Numbered from the stretch's first letter, positions 18,826-27,233 are shown. The stretch: 64,000 bases of DNA from Bacteroidota bacterium (GCA_040388375.1 JAZKBU010000007.1:248823-312822), one strand, 5' to 3'. Made by a program: numbers and translations. The notes: generated from the letters alone by a model not told the origin.

Positions 18826-21800
18826 TTAAATAAAAAGCCTATAATCATAAGTCTTTCCTTCAAATCTAGAAAGCAATTTTCCAATTCGAGCAATTTGATT
18901 TGAAGAATCAATTGTCGATGGTAACTTAGAATATAAGTCTAATGAATTCCAATTCATTTTTGTTAGTCCTAATATCTCTGTTGCAATAGTTTGTATATTA
19001 GACTCGCCATAATGTTTGGTTATTTTGACTGGCGCAGGGATACTTCTACCGCCCAAATAAAACTTATAGTTTTGTTGTCTTACAGAAGGAACAATGCCAT
19101 GAGTCCATAATAATGCTGTATGCTTGTTTGTGACAATACACGTACCTCTCGAAATTGGAAACTTGTCAATCTGAAGTTCATTTTGATAAACACTCATAGC
19201 TAGGAAACGTGCATCTACTTCATAATTGATTTCAACTAAATCTATTTTCTTAATCCCAGCTTTATTTAGACTAGCTTTAATACCATTTATTTCATCTTCC
19301 GTAAATTTTGTTCTTTTGTGTATTACTACTCTTTCTGGAAGTTTATCAAGTGACTGATAAAACAATTCACGAATGGATACTCCAAATTGAAATGCATCTT
19401 TATAGGATAAATATGGGTTAAGTTGCTTGTCAAGAAAGTAGTTATCAATTTTTGAAAGTCTATACTTTAATCCTTGCCCGTTTGAATCGTAAATATGACT
19501 ACAGCCAATTACAATTTCAGATTTATCTTGAATTCGTGAAACACTATACCCGATTCCCGCATAAGCTGTATTTTTCTCTTGATTATTCAAAATCCAAGGT
19601 GTTCTAAGCGACTTAACATAAAAAGATAATGATAACCACCAATAGATTTGACACTTTAGGGTGTCATTAAGTGTTTCTTCCCTAATAAGTTGTGTCGAAA
19701 TACCTCGAGAAGCTGAAAATGCTTTAATATAGTCGTGTAAATCAAAACTTTCCCCTTGATTGATATAATTTTCAAATAATTGCCATTCATTAGGAATAAA
19801 AATTACGATAGTACTCTGACTTTGTGTATTCGCAATCTGTTCAATTTTGCTTGTGATTAGACGAACTAGTTTTATTGCATTTTCGTGGCTTTCCAAACCA
19901 TTTTCTGGATTGAATTCAATGCCAATCCATTTTTCGCTACTATCAAATAATGGAATATTAATTGGAATATTAAAAATGGAAGAGAAGCCAGGGTAATCAA
20001 TTAAATAATCAGGATTAATATTTTCTGTTGAGTGCTTTACTTGTAATTTTGATAGGAAATCATAAAATCTGTTCGAGTATTCTTTCCCACAAATTACTGA
20101 AAGATTTATTTCATTTGAATGAATTACTCCATTTAGATTTACATCAAATGGCCTGTTATTCACCAAACCTCTCATTGGATGATAGTCCTTAAACTCTACA
20201 TCAGTAGCCACATTTCTAAAAACTAATTGGGGCTCTAAAAATTGTACCCCTTTAAATTGAGTTTGTCTCTTATCATAATTATTTGGTGTATATGACCTAA
20301 AGTTAGGGTCAAGCACATTTATTTCTCCAAATGCTGTATTCGATGAAATTTGAAATTCAAAACCTGTTCCAGATGAAATTGGGTATTCAAATTTGATTCG
20401 TTGATTACTAAATAATGTGGCATTCCAAAAGTCTAAAACTTCATCATATTTATTGTTGTATAATTTTTCTAGTTGATTTTTACTTACTTGTTGTTTCTGT
20501 GTTTTTGTTATTTCCTCAGAAGATGAAAGATAAACGGTTGGAGTAAAGGTTAAATAAGCAAAGCCCGCGTTTTTATCAAAATAGAATGACAAGTAGATAG
20601 ATTTATGAACACCAATATTACCAAATTGCCTTTCATTTTTCTTGATCCAAATCTTATCTTTAAGATTTGTTTCAATTGTACTGTTAGAACTGAAATGTTT
20701 CAGGATTGCTTGAAGCATTAAGGATTTAAATGCGGAAACTCTCTCAATATCAAATTTTGAAATTGGCTCTCTTTTTATTTCGGATTTTAGATGCTTTTTA
20801 AAGGCATTGCTAATTTCAGAAAGAGTACCTAAAGCAAATACCTTTTTCTTGAAAGGTACAGCACAAATATTTGTATCTTTCGTAACTGCTTTTAAAAACG
20901 CCCAAGGCTTTTCTTCTTTATAATCAATTTCAAATTGGAATATCTCTTTAGGAAATACAATTGGATGAAGATTACTTTTGATGTATTTGTCTGTTCTTGA
21001 AAAACTCAAACTAAATTCAGTTTTGAAATATTCTTCATCATCAGAAACTTCCAAGGCTTCTTGAATTTTTTTAGAAATGGTTTGATTGTCTTCAAATGCT
21101 GATTTTGATAAATGAATCAACGTTTTATCAAATCCATCTGTTGCTACGTAATAAGCCTCTCTTCCCGACTGTCTAATTTGCAAAATAAGTTCGAGCACTT
21201 CTTTATTTATTTGGTCTCCATAGCCACACCAATATAATCTTCCTGCACCATTTTTGCTAAATGCAATTTTAATTGCTTGCATTAATGAATTATCTCTCCC
21301 ACTATAACCAATTACAATTAGATTTTTATCAATATGATAATTTGCTAAATGCTCTTTGAACGTTTCATTTTGATTATCTAATTCTTTTTCCGTGTTTTTT
21401 AATGTGGAAAATTTATAGTCACCGTGTAGTGCAATTGATAATAGTTCTTTACTACTTTGATTGCGGTAAATTTTATCAGTATTGTCAAGCGTAATCTCTA
21501 TTGGTGTTAATTTATTTTGATGTGCTGAACGTACCGTTAAGCCATCGAAGTTCGTAGTCCAAACTGATTTGACTATTCCATATTCCGCTAAAAGACAGAG
21601 TAATTTATAGCCAATATAAGGCTCTTTATTCTCTATTAGACTTAAAAAATATTTTCGTCTATCTTCAGCAATAGGATAAGCCTTTTCTGCATAAAAAGAA
21701 TATTCTTCGGGTGAGTCTAGTAATGGATACTCGCCTTGATTATCTAACCAAGTCTGTATACTTTTTCTAACAGCTTCTTCTTTATAGTTTTTATAAAAGT

Positions 21801-21984
21801 CAGCTGAATTAATATTTTTAGATAGATATATATCTTTTTTCCATTCCCAAATACAATCATAGGCTGTTTGTATCCCAGAACTTATTGAAGTTCCTGCTCC
21901 CAATAAGAAGGAATGAGGGACGTCTATATTCCTTTTAAAAGATCTTAAAAAAGCATCGTATTCAAGATGTATATTTTCTACCAT
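18826..21984 (-). CDS. Single-chain SIR2-APAZ-short prokaryotic Argonaute fusion (short-pAgo immune effector; catalytically inactive PIWI)
   Basis: N-terminal SIR2-type NADase motifs (FLLGAGTSISSGI; TTNFDGL; LHGDYK). Middle APAZ-sized region (~300 aa). MID-like 5'-end-binding Y..K...Q...K pattern (HDYIKAFSASRGISTQLI...YVKSL). PIWI first strand GIGYSV, with the catalytic Asp replaced by Gly. Ago-type C-terminal segment (GGRSIPAPVKITKHY). Confidence 0.8.
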   Translation of the reverse strand: MVENIHLEYDAFLRSFKRNIDVPHSFLLGAGTSISSGIQTAYDCIWEWKKDIYLSKNINSADFYKNYKEEAVRKSIQTWLDNQGEYPLLDSPEEYSFYAEKAYPIAEDRRKYFLSLIENKEPYIGYKLLCLLAEYGIVKSVWTTNFDGLTVRSAHQNKLTPIEITLDNTDKIYRNQSSKELLSIALHGDYKFSTLKNTEKELDNQNETFKEHLANYHIDKNLIVIGYSGRDNSLMQAIKIAFSKNGAGRLYWCGYGDQINKEVLELILQIRQSGREAYYVATDGFDKTLIHLSKSAFEDNQTISKKIQEALEVSDDEEYFKTEFSLSFSRTDKYIKSNLHPIVFPKEIFQFEIDYKEEKPWAFLKAVTKDTNICAVPFKKKVFALGTLSEISNAFKKHLKSEIKREPISKFDIERVSAFKSLMLQAILKHFSSNSTIETNLKDKIWIKKNERQFGNIGVHKSIYLSFYFDKNAGFAYLTFTPTVYLSSSEEITKTQKQQVSKNQLEKLYNNKYDEVLDFWNATLFSNQRIKFEYPISSGTGFEFQISSNTAFGEINVLDPNFRSYTPNNYDKRQTQFKGVQFLEPQLVFRNVATDVEFKDYHPMRGLVNNRPFDVNLNGVIHSNEINLSVICGKEYSNRFYDFLSKLQVKHSTENINPDYLIDYPGFSSIFNIPINIPLFDSSEKWIGIEFNPENGLESHENAIKLVRLITSKIEQIANTQSQSTIVIFIPNEWQLFENYINQGESFDLHDYIKAFSASRGISTQLIREETLNDTLKCQIYWWLSLSFYVKSLRTPWILNNQEKNTAYAGIGYSVSRIQDKSEIVIGCSHIYDSNGQGLKYRLSKIDNYFLDKQLNPYLSYKDAFQFGVSIRELFYQSLDKLPERVVIHKRTKFTEDEINGIKASLNKAGIKKIDLVEINYEVDARFLAMSVYQNELQIDKFPISRGTCIVTNKHTALLWTHGIVPSVRQQNYKFYLGGRSIPAPVKITKHYGESNIQTIATEILGLTKMNWNSLDLYSKLPSTIDSSNQIARIGKLLSRFEGKTYDYRLFI

Positions 21985-22215
21985 TATTATGTTGTTTTAT
22001 TTATTAAATTAGGTTATCTGCTATTTTATGTTGCAAAATAGCCTATTTCATAACCCCTGTTTACAAAACTTATTCCAATATTATAAGCCACAGAAAAATT
22101 TAATTATTTTTTTATGTATAGGGGTTTTGCTTTTTGAGTAGCAGTTTTACTCCCCGCTTTTTTAAAAGAATATATAAATGAAGGGTTGGTACATATACTG
22201 GCAAGTACGAGTGGA

Positions 22216-22271
22216 AAGGTTGGTGAGGACACCAACCTTGGACAAACTTGTTGGTGAAGAACACCAACAAG
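22216..22271. repeat. Tandem pair of REP-like hairpins (AAGGTTGGTG-AGGA-CACCAACCTT, then CTTGTTGGTG-AAGAA-CACCAACAAG) upstream of the pAgo gene
   Basis: Two adjacent perfect 10-bp-arm palindromes. The second is a sequence variant of the first. Confidence 0.75.
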
Positions 22272-22276
22272 GGCAG

Positions 22277-22303
22277 GAAACGAGCGGATGCTCGCACCAG
22301 CGG
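22277..22303. repeat. Second same-orientation copy of the GAACGAGCGGAYGCTCGCACYAGCGG repeat, 5' of the pAgo gene
   Basis: gaaacgagcggatgctcgcaccagcgg. Together with 18770-18798 it brackets a 3.5-kb segment containing only the SIR2-APAZ-pAgo ORF. Confidence 0.7.
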
Positions 22304-22317
22304 AGTGTTTGTGCAAT

Positions 22318-22353
22318 AAAAAATCCCTTCTATTTTGTAGAAGGGATTTTTTG
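22318..22353 (-). terminator. Bidirectional intrinsic terminator downstream of the 22361..23254 gene
   Basis: aatcccttcta-ttttg-tagaagggatt 11-bp stem with T-tracts on both sides. Confidence 0.7.
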
Positions 22354-22360
22354 TTTGTGG

Positions 22361-23254
22361 TTAGGCTTTGATAAGGCTTACCTGGAGCTGGGTTATTTTA
22401 CCCTGCTCAACAGTGGCTTGAACGCTTTGGGTTATATAGCCGCCTGCTTCTATACGCAGGGTGTACTGGCCTGCGCGCATTTTGGTTATTTCGCATATAC
22501 CTTGCTGGTCGGCTTCATCGGTTTTGGTGCTACCCTCTAAAATGGCTTTGGCAATGGTAAGTGGGTTATTGCTTGCTGCATCTGTTACTTTTATGCTTAC
22601 GCCTGTTTTGCGCACGGCTGCTTCGTTTATGACTTTGGTGGCTATAAGGATGCCGGCAAAAGCGGGGACATTCATTGCATTGACTACTAAATCGGTAATG
22701 ATGGCCAAGCTGGCATCGGCTGCTTTGAAGAGGCTATTGGTTTCGGCTACCATGTTTTTTTTGTTTTTTACAGCGCTTTGTGTAGTACCTAAACTGGTTT
22801 GGAATGCATTTACTAACTGGCGTGCGGCTGTTACATCGGTAGGCTTGATGTTGAGGTCAACCAAATTGCGTGCATTGGTTTCGATGGGTGTTAATACTGC
22901 ATTGGCTTTGGCATAACAGTCGGCATCGGGTAAGCGGGTAAAATCGGTTTTGGTTACATTGAAAAGGGTCATGAGTGGTATGTCTTTTTCATCCTTTGCC
23001 CATACGTAAGCGGCTCTTGCTAGTTTACAAAGGGTTTCGGTCATGGTTAATTTTAGCTGGGTATTGTTATTGGTAATACCTTTTGTGCTTACGCTGAGGC
23101 TGGAATTCAGCTCATCTATGCGTGCTAAGATTTGGTTGAAATGCTGCACCTCGGTGTCTAACCTTGCTAATAAGTTAACGGAGGCTGTGTTGGTTTTTAA
23201 AACTTGCTGTACGGCCTGGTACATGTTAAGTTTTGCAATTGAATTCTTATTCAT
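22361..23254 (-). CDS. Hypothetical protein with a C-terminal carboxypeptidase-regulatory-like beta-sandwich segment
   Basis: C-terminal RAGQYTLRIEAGGYITQSVQATVEQGKIT resembles a CarbopepD_reg-like domain. The rest is helical and uncharacterised. A 780-bp repeat-rich region lies upstream. Confidence 0.45.
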   Translation of the reverse strand: MNKNSIAKLNMYQAVQQVLKTNTASVNLLARLDTEVQHFNQILARIDELNSSLSVSTKGITNNNTQLKLTMTETLCKLARAAYVWAKDEKDIPLMTLFNVTKTDFTRLPDADCYAKANAVLTPIETNARNLVDLNIKPTDVTAARQLVNAFQTSLGTTQSAVKNKKNMVAETNSLFKAADASLAIITDLVVNAMNVPAFAGILIATKVINEAAVRKTGVSIKVTDAASNNPLTIAKAILEGSTKTDEADQQGICEITKMRAGQYTLRIEAGGYITQSVQATVEQGKITQLQVSLIKA

Positions 23255-23424
23255 ACGATTTTTAATTTATTGGTTGTTATAACGTTTTTGATAGCTGTTT
23301 TATTATTTTAAGCTGCTATAAAATGTTTGTTATATGGCTTGTTCAGGGGTATGAATTTGATATGTGGTTTTATTTTATTTTGATTGGCATTGGAAGGAGT
23401 TTGTTTGGGATGTAGAAGCTTATG

Positions 23425-23795
23425 TTTATGCTTTGATGGCATTTGTTTGATTCCCGATATGGTTTGTTTGACTGTTGGTATTGTTTGTTTACTCTTTGAT
23501 TGCCTTTGTTTAAGGTTTGACTGCATTTGTGTCACTTTTGATAGCGTATGGGTTAACTCTTGATTTTGTTTGTTTGACCTTTGATGGCGTATGTTTAACC
23601 TTTGGTTGACTTTGCATCAGGTGCGGCTGAATTTGTGTCACTTTCAATGGCTTATGTTTGACTTTAAAAGTGATTTGTTTGACTCTTGATGGCTTATGTT
23701 TAACCTTTGATGGCATTTGTTTAAGGCTCGACTGAATTTGTGTCATATTGAGCGGCTTATGTTTGACCCTTGATGTGATTTGTTTGGGATTGGGT
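23425..23795. repeat. Degenerate 21-bp tandem repeat array (about 17 units) with a 105-bp (5-unit) higher-order periodicity
   Basis: Units such as ctttgatggcatttgtttaag, ctttgatggcgtatgtttaac and tcttgatggcttatgtttaac. Every fifth unit is the variant ...gactg(c/a)atttgtgtca(c/t). The units are contiguous with no spacers. Confidence 0.8.
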
Positions 23796-23810
23796 GGGGT
23801 TTGCACCGCA

Positions 23811-23880
23811 TTTCATACGGTGTATCTACCGTATTTTATACGGTGTATCTACCGTATTTCATACGGTGTTATTGAAATTA
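23811..23880. promoter_or_regulatory. Two and a half tandem copies of a 23-bp unit carrying the palindrome TACGGT-N6-ACCGTA (operator-like)
   Basis: tttcatacggtgtatctaccgta / ttttatacggtgtatctaccgta / tttcatacggtgtt. 6-bp inverted arms separated by 6 bp, which fits a dimeric HTH binding site. Confidence 0.5.
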
Positions 23881-24032
23881 AATCACTTCGTGATTTTTAT
23901 ATGGGGGTGACTATATATGGAATGGAAATACATAATTATGCCTGGCCCCGTTCTTCTTCTATATCCTCATTGGGCCATTTTACTCGTTTTTCTTCCATGG
24001 TATAATATACTATTTGGTAAGATTGTTCTTAC

Positions 24033-24623
24033 TTATACTTTAATTCTCTTATCACGTGCTTGCATTCCATTTAACGTGCTGTGTATTTTCCTTTGTTTGT
24101 TAATAATATCAACAAGCTCTGCAATATTGCACGCAAGAGCAGTTGAGGAGATACTTAATGGCGTTCCATAAACACGGTAATTCATGTTCATCCAAAATTT
24201 CTTAAACAGGTTTGCATTGTTGATGTATTGGTGTGGATTATTCACATAGATTAATACAAACTTTGTTCGCTTAACGGCTTCTATACGGAGGTGTGTTATG
24301 TCGTCCCATTTTATGGTTTGCCCGCCAATTGCGCTGGAGTTATCGGTTATGCCCATGTGGTTTATTATTATTCCCGGTTTGGTGTCGAATAGTTTTCCAA
24401 AACCTATTATTCCGAACAGTCCGAAAAGAAGGAAATCCATGAGGGCTACTATCCTTACCACAGTTGAATCGTAACGTGCCTGCCTCTCGGCTATGTACCA
24501 CAGCCAAAGTCCGGCAGCTACAAACAATAAAGCCCCGATGGTGAGCAAAACAATTTTAAGCTTGTTTAGCGGTATTTCAATAGAGTCGTTTTTGTTTTGT
24601 ATTAACATAGTACTTTTATCCAT
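24033..24623 (-). CDS. Membrane-anchored protein (two TM helices plus a cytoplasmic PH-like domain?)
   Basis: Hydrophobic N-terminal helices (LLTIGALLFVAAGLWLWYI; FLLFGLFGIIGFG). Promoter copy A lies upstream. Confidence 0.45.
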   Translation of the reverse strand: MDKSTMLIQNKNDSIEIPLNKLKIVLLTIGALLFVAAGLWLWYIAERQARYDSTVVRIVALMDFLLFGLFGIIGFGKLFDTKPGIIINHMGITDNSSAIGGQTIKWDDITHLRIEAVKRTKFVLIYVNNPHQYINNANLFKKFWMNMNYRVYGTPLSISSTALACNIAELVDIINKQRKIHSTLNGMQARDKRIKV

Positions 24624-24677
24624 AGCGCTTAAAAACCAAGCCTGTCAGTGTGCTCCGTATTAAATAAATTAACTTCC

Positions 24678-24731
24678 CTAACAAAAGTATTGGTTTATTT
24701 GATTCAGCAAAATGTTGTCTAAATAAAAAAA
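24678..24731 (-). promoter_or_regulatory. Bacteroidetes-type promoter, copy A of a repeated extended promoter element
   Basis: The minus-strand reading gives TTTTGCTGAATCAAATAAACCAATACTTTTGTTAG, i.e. a -33 TTTG, an 18-nt spacer, and a -7 TACTTTTG (TAnnTTTG). It lies 45-100 nt upstream of the 24623 start. Confidence 0.6.
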
Positions 24732-24778
24732 ATTAGCGATGACACTAACTCTGGACAATACCATAATACATACGTTTA

Positions 24779-25216
24779 TTAAAAGAATTTTCTTGGCCCT
24801 CCTTTGAAGTCCCACGAACTTATTGGGTTAGGGTTATCCATATACCAATTGTCTGTTTGCTTAATGTCAACCAGCCATTCATAAGTATGCGTCCCTACCA
24901 ATTCTGTTTCTAAATGTATGGTAGCACTTGTCCAATAAAGCAGTTTAAGAATAGCTTCAAATTTATTTAACCATTCGGTCCATTCATATTCAACAGACTT
25001 ATAAGAAGCCCCAAATACTATTACCTGGTCTCTATAGGTCCCTTCAATATTATGTGGGTCTTGGCAAAGAAACATATTTCGGTGTATCCATGGAAAGGTA
25101 TCTGTTTCCGGCAGAGCGCTTAAAATTTCTTTATTAAGCCGTTGTAATTTATGGTAATCTTCCGTTTTCCATGTTGCCCCTATTATATTTCCATAAACGA
25201 TTGAAACGTGTCCCAT
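24779..25216 (-). CDS. Hypothetical protein (145 aa), Trp/Tyr-rich
   Basis: ORF with no recognisable motif; promoter copy B lies upstream. Confidence 0.4.
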   Translation of the reverse strand: MGHVSIVYGNIIGATWKTEDYHKLQRLNKEILSALPETDTFPWIHRNMFLCQDPHNIEGTYRDQVIVFGASYKSVEYEWTEWLNKFEAILKLLYWTSATIHLETELVGTHTYEWLVDIKQTDNWYMDNPNPISSWDFKGGPRKFF

Positions 25217-25287
25217 TGAAATTGTTATTTTATATCTATAATAAACTTAAACCAATCACAACTATTATAATCTGGTTCATAATCTTC

Positions 25288-25341
25288 ACTAACAAAAGTA
25301 TTGGTTTATTTGATACAGCAAAATGTTGCCTAAATAAAAAA
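25288..25341 (-). promoter_or_regulatory. Promoter element copy B (about 55 bp, nearly identical to copy A)
   Basis: Same TTTG...TACTTTTG architecture, upstream of the 24779..25216 gene. Confidence 0.6.
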
Positions 25342-25467
25342 GGTTGGTGAGGGAACACCAACCTTGAACAAATTGTATTTAGCCAGGGGCTCATGTATAT
25401 ACTCACTCGCAAGATACCAACATGCAGCAGAAACACCTGTCCATTTGCTTCGCTTGCCCTGCCCTTG

Positions 25468-26403
25468 TTACTCTATTATTGTTATCCCTGTTAAATTTGC
25501 CTGGTTGTTTTTTAAAAAGGCATAGGTAATTTTATCTACTTTACAGTCAATAAACTGTACGCGTTTAAATTTTCCATTATACTTAAAAAAGGTATTTAAA
25601 ATGGTTGCATTCTGAAATGTAACATTATAAAATGTACAGTTTTCAAATTGGCAGTTCTCTAAAGTGCCTTCAAAAACAATATCGCTAATACCTGCATTTT
25701 TAAATGATGTAAATTTCCACACGGCATTTTTCACCACATTACTTTCAAAATTTACTCCGGTAAACTCAGCCCCCGAAAAATTCGTTTCAGAAAAATCGCA
25801 TTTGCCAATATTGCTTTTTAAAAATGTAGCATCTATCAATAAACAATTATTAAACTGGTTATTTAACAAATTAGATGATTGAATTTTGCTGTTTCTAATG
25901 TCTGAAGAGGAGAAATCGCACATTTCAATATTATTGCTTCCAAGAATAAGCCCCGACAAATCAGCGTTTGCAAACTTGCAGTTCTTCATATTGGAAGAGC
26001 TGAATTTTTCCTTTAAGTTCTTTAAGCCTGAAAAGTCAGCGTCAACCCAATTCCCTTTGGACATATCCCAACTCCAATCAAATTTGTTCTTTGCTTTAGC
26101 CTCCGGAATTTCTACTGTTTGGTTGTCAAACTGCTCGTTGGTTGTTGTTGAAATTTCATCAGCCTTAAAACTGTCAGAGAAATAGTTAAGATCAACTCCA
26201 AAAATTTCAGCCAGTCGGTTTAATGTGGTAATGTCGGGCATGGATTCACCACGTTCCCATTTTCCAACTGCTTGTGAACTGATTGATACTTGCTGGGCAA
26301 GTTCTGCTTGTGAAAGATTCGTTTTCTTTCTTGCTGTGGCAATTTTATTGCCAATTGTTTTTGAATTTAGCATCTTATGTTTTTTAAAATTTTGATGCTG
26401 CAA
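25468..26403 (-). CDS. XRE-family HTH domain fused to a pentapeptide-repeat domain
   Basis: HTH segment (NLSQAELAQQVSISSQAVGKWERGESMPDITTLNRLAEIF) followed by many A(D/N)(L/F)xx pentapeptide repeats (ADFSG, ADLSG, CDFSS, ATFLK, CDFSE, AEFTG...). Confidence 0.75.
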   Translation of the reverse strand: MQHQNFKKHKMLNSKTIGNKIATARKKTNLSQAELAQQVSISSQAVGKWERGESMPDITTLNRLAEIFGVDLNYFSDSFKADEISTTTNEQFDNQTVEIPEAKAKNKFDWSWDMSKGNWVDADFSGLKNLKEKFSSSNMKNCKFANADLSGLILGSNNIEMCDFSSSDIRNSKIQSSNLLNNQFNNCLLIDATFLKSNIGKCDFSETNFSGAEFTGVNFESNVVKNAVWKFTSFKNAGISDIVFEGTLENCQFENCTFYNVTFQNATILNTFFKYNGKFKRVQFIDCKVDKITYAFLKNNQANLTGITIIE

Positions 26404-26520
26404 AGCTATTTCTACCTGTTGCCATCATGCAAATAAAGCCCGCTACTTACTGTTGTAATTGCACTACTTATAGTTGTTTTTTGACAACCATTAGTAGTAT
26501 GACGGAGTTTTGGTAGCGTA

Positions 26521-26556
26521 TTAACAAAAGTATTGGATTATTTGACACTGCAAAAC
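26521..26556 (-). promoter_or_regulatory. Promoter element copy C
   Basis: ttaacaaaagtattggattatttgacactgcaaaa, upstream of the HTH-pentapeptide gene. Confidence 0.5.
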
Positions 26557-26642
26557 AACTTTCTCCTGTCCACGGTAACGTCTCCCGACTAACCGCTCGT
26601 ATTTTGCAAGTGAGTATTTTTAATGCTGAACAAGGAATTTAT

Positions 26643-27101
26643 TTAGTCTTTTTTTATCAAAATATAAAATACCTGCCTTACCATCGTTATTACAAATAAT
26701 ACTATCCAGGTAAAATAGCCCAATATCGCAACGATTACGACACCTTTATAGACGGACGAAACAATACTATCGTCAAGAGGTTGGTTTGGCATAAATGTTT
26801 CTAGAAACGGCAATGAAACCAAAGTAAACAATAAGGGCATTAATAACATTAAATGAATCAATATAGTCTTGTCGGTAATGGTAGATTTTTTGTTTTGCTT
26901 AATAACCCGAAACAATTGGCCCAATAAAAAAATGATAGCGGCTAAAATGAAAATGAAATCCGATACTAAAAATTGATGATTGAAATTTCGAAAGCGTGAG
27001 CCCATGTCCGTGTCCACAAGAAATAACTTTGTTACTATACCAATTACTAAAATAACCAATGCGGTATAAGTATATATTGAAATACGTTTGTAATTGATCA
27101 T
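26643..27101 (-). CDS. Hypothetical integral membrane protein (about 4 TM helices)
   Basis: Multiple hydrophobic helices; no motifs. Confidence 0.45.
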   Translation of the reverse strand: MINYKRISIYTYTALVILVIGIVTKLFLVDTDMGSRFRNFNHQFLVSDFIFILAAIIFLLGQLFRVIKQNKKSTITDKTILIHLMLLMPLLFTLVSLPFLETFMPNQPLDDSIVSSVYKGVVIVAILGYFTWIVLFVITMVRQVFYILIKKD

Positions 27102-27233
27102 ACTATTTTGTTGTTAAGGTTTTAGGCTTGGCAAGGTAAGAGAAATTATGCTCAGCCGGAAACTTAGCTAACTATATACTCACTCGCAAGATGCGAACGG
27201 ATGCGAATAGCACAAAGGTGTACCCTGTTTTTT

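Noticed and set aside
18826-21984. The pAgo being a catalytically active (slicing) long Argonaute
   Set aside because: The first PIWI catalytic position reads GIGYSV (Gly, not Asp), and the N-terminal half is SIR2 plus APAZ rather than N/PAZ. This is consistent with an inactive short pAgo.
22104-22316. Small ORFs overlapping the REP hairpins upstream of the pAgo gene
   Set aside because: They are composed of the palindromic repeat sequences and are non-coding.
23425-23795. Possible CRISPR array
   Set aside because: The units are about 21 bp, degenerate and directly abutting, with no unique spacers, and there are no cas genes nearby. This is a tandem minisatellite, not CRISPR.
23308-23806. 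ORFs 23308..23535 and 23510..23806 (minus strand) encoding Lys/Gln-rich heptad repeats
   Set aside because: They are translations of the 21-bp tandem array in two different frames. They have no signal or domain logic, and the K/Q richness follows from the TTTG-rich DNA. They are treated as non-coding.
25236-25436. 66-aa ORF between promoter copy B and the 24779..25216 gene
   Set aside because: It overlaps the promoter element and has no features. It is likely 5'-UTR.
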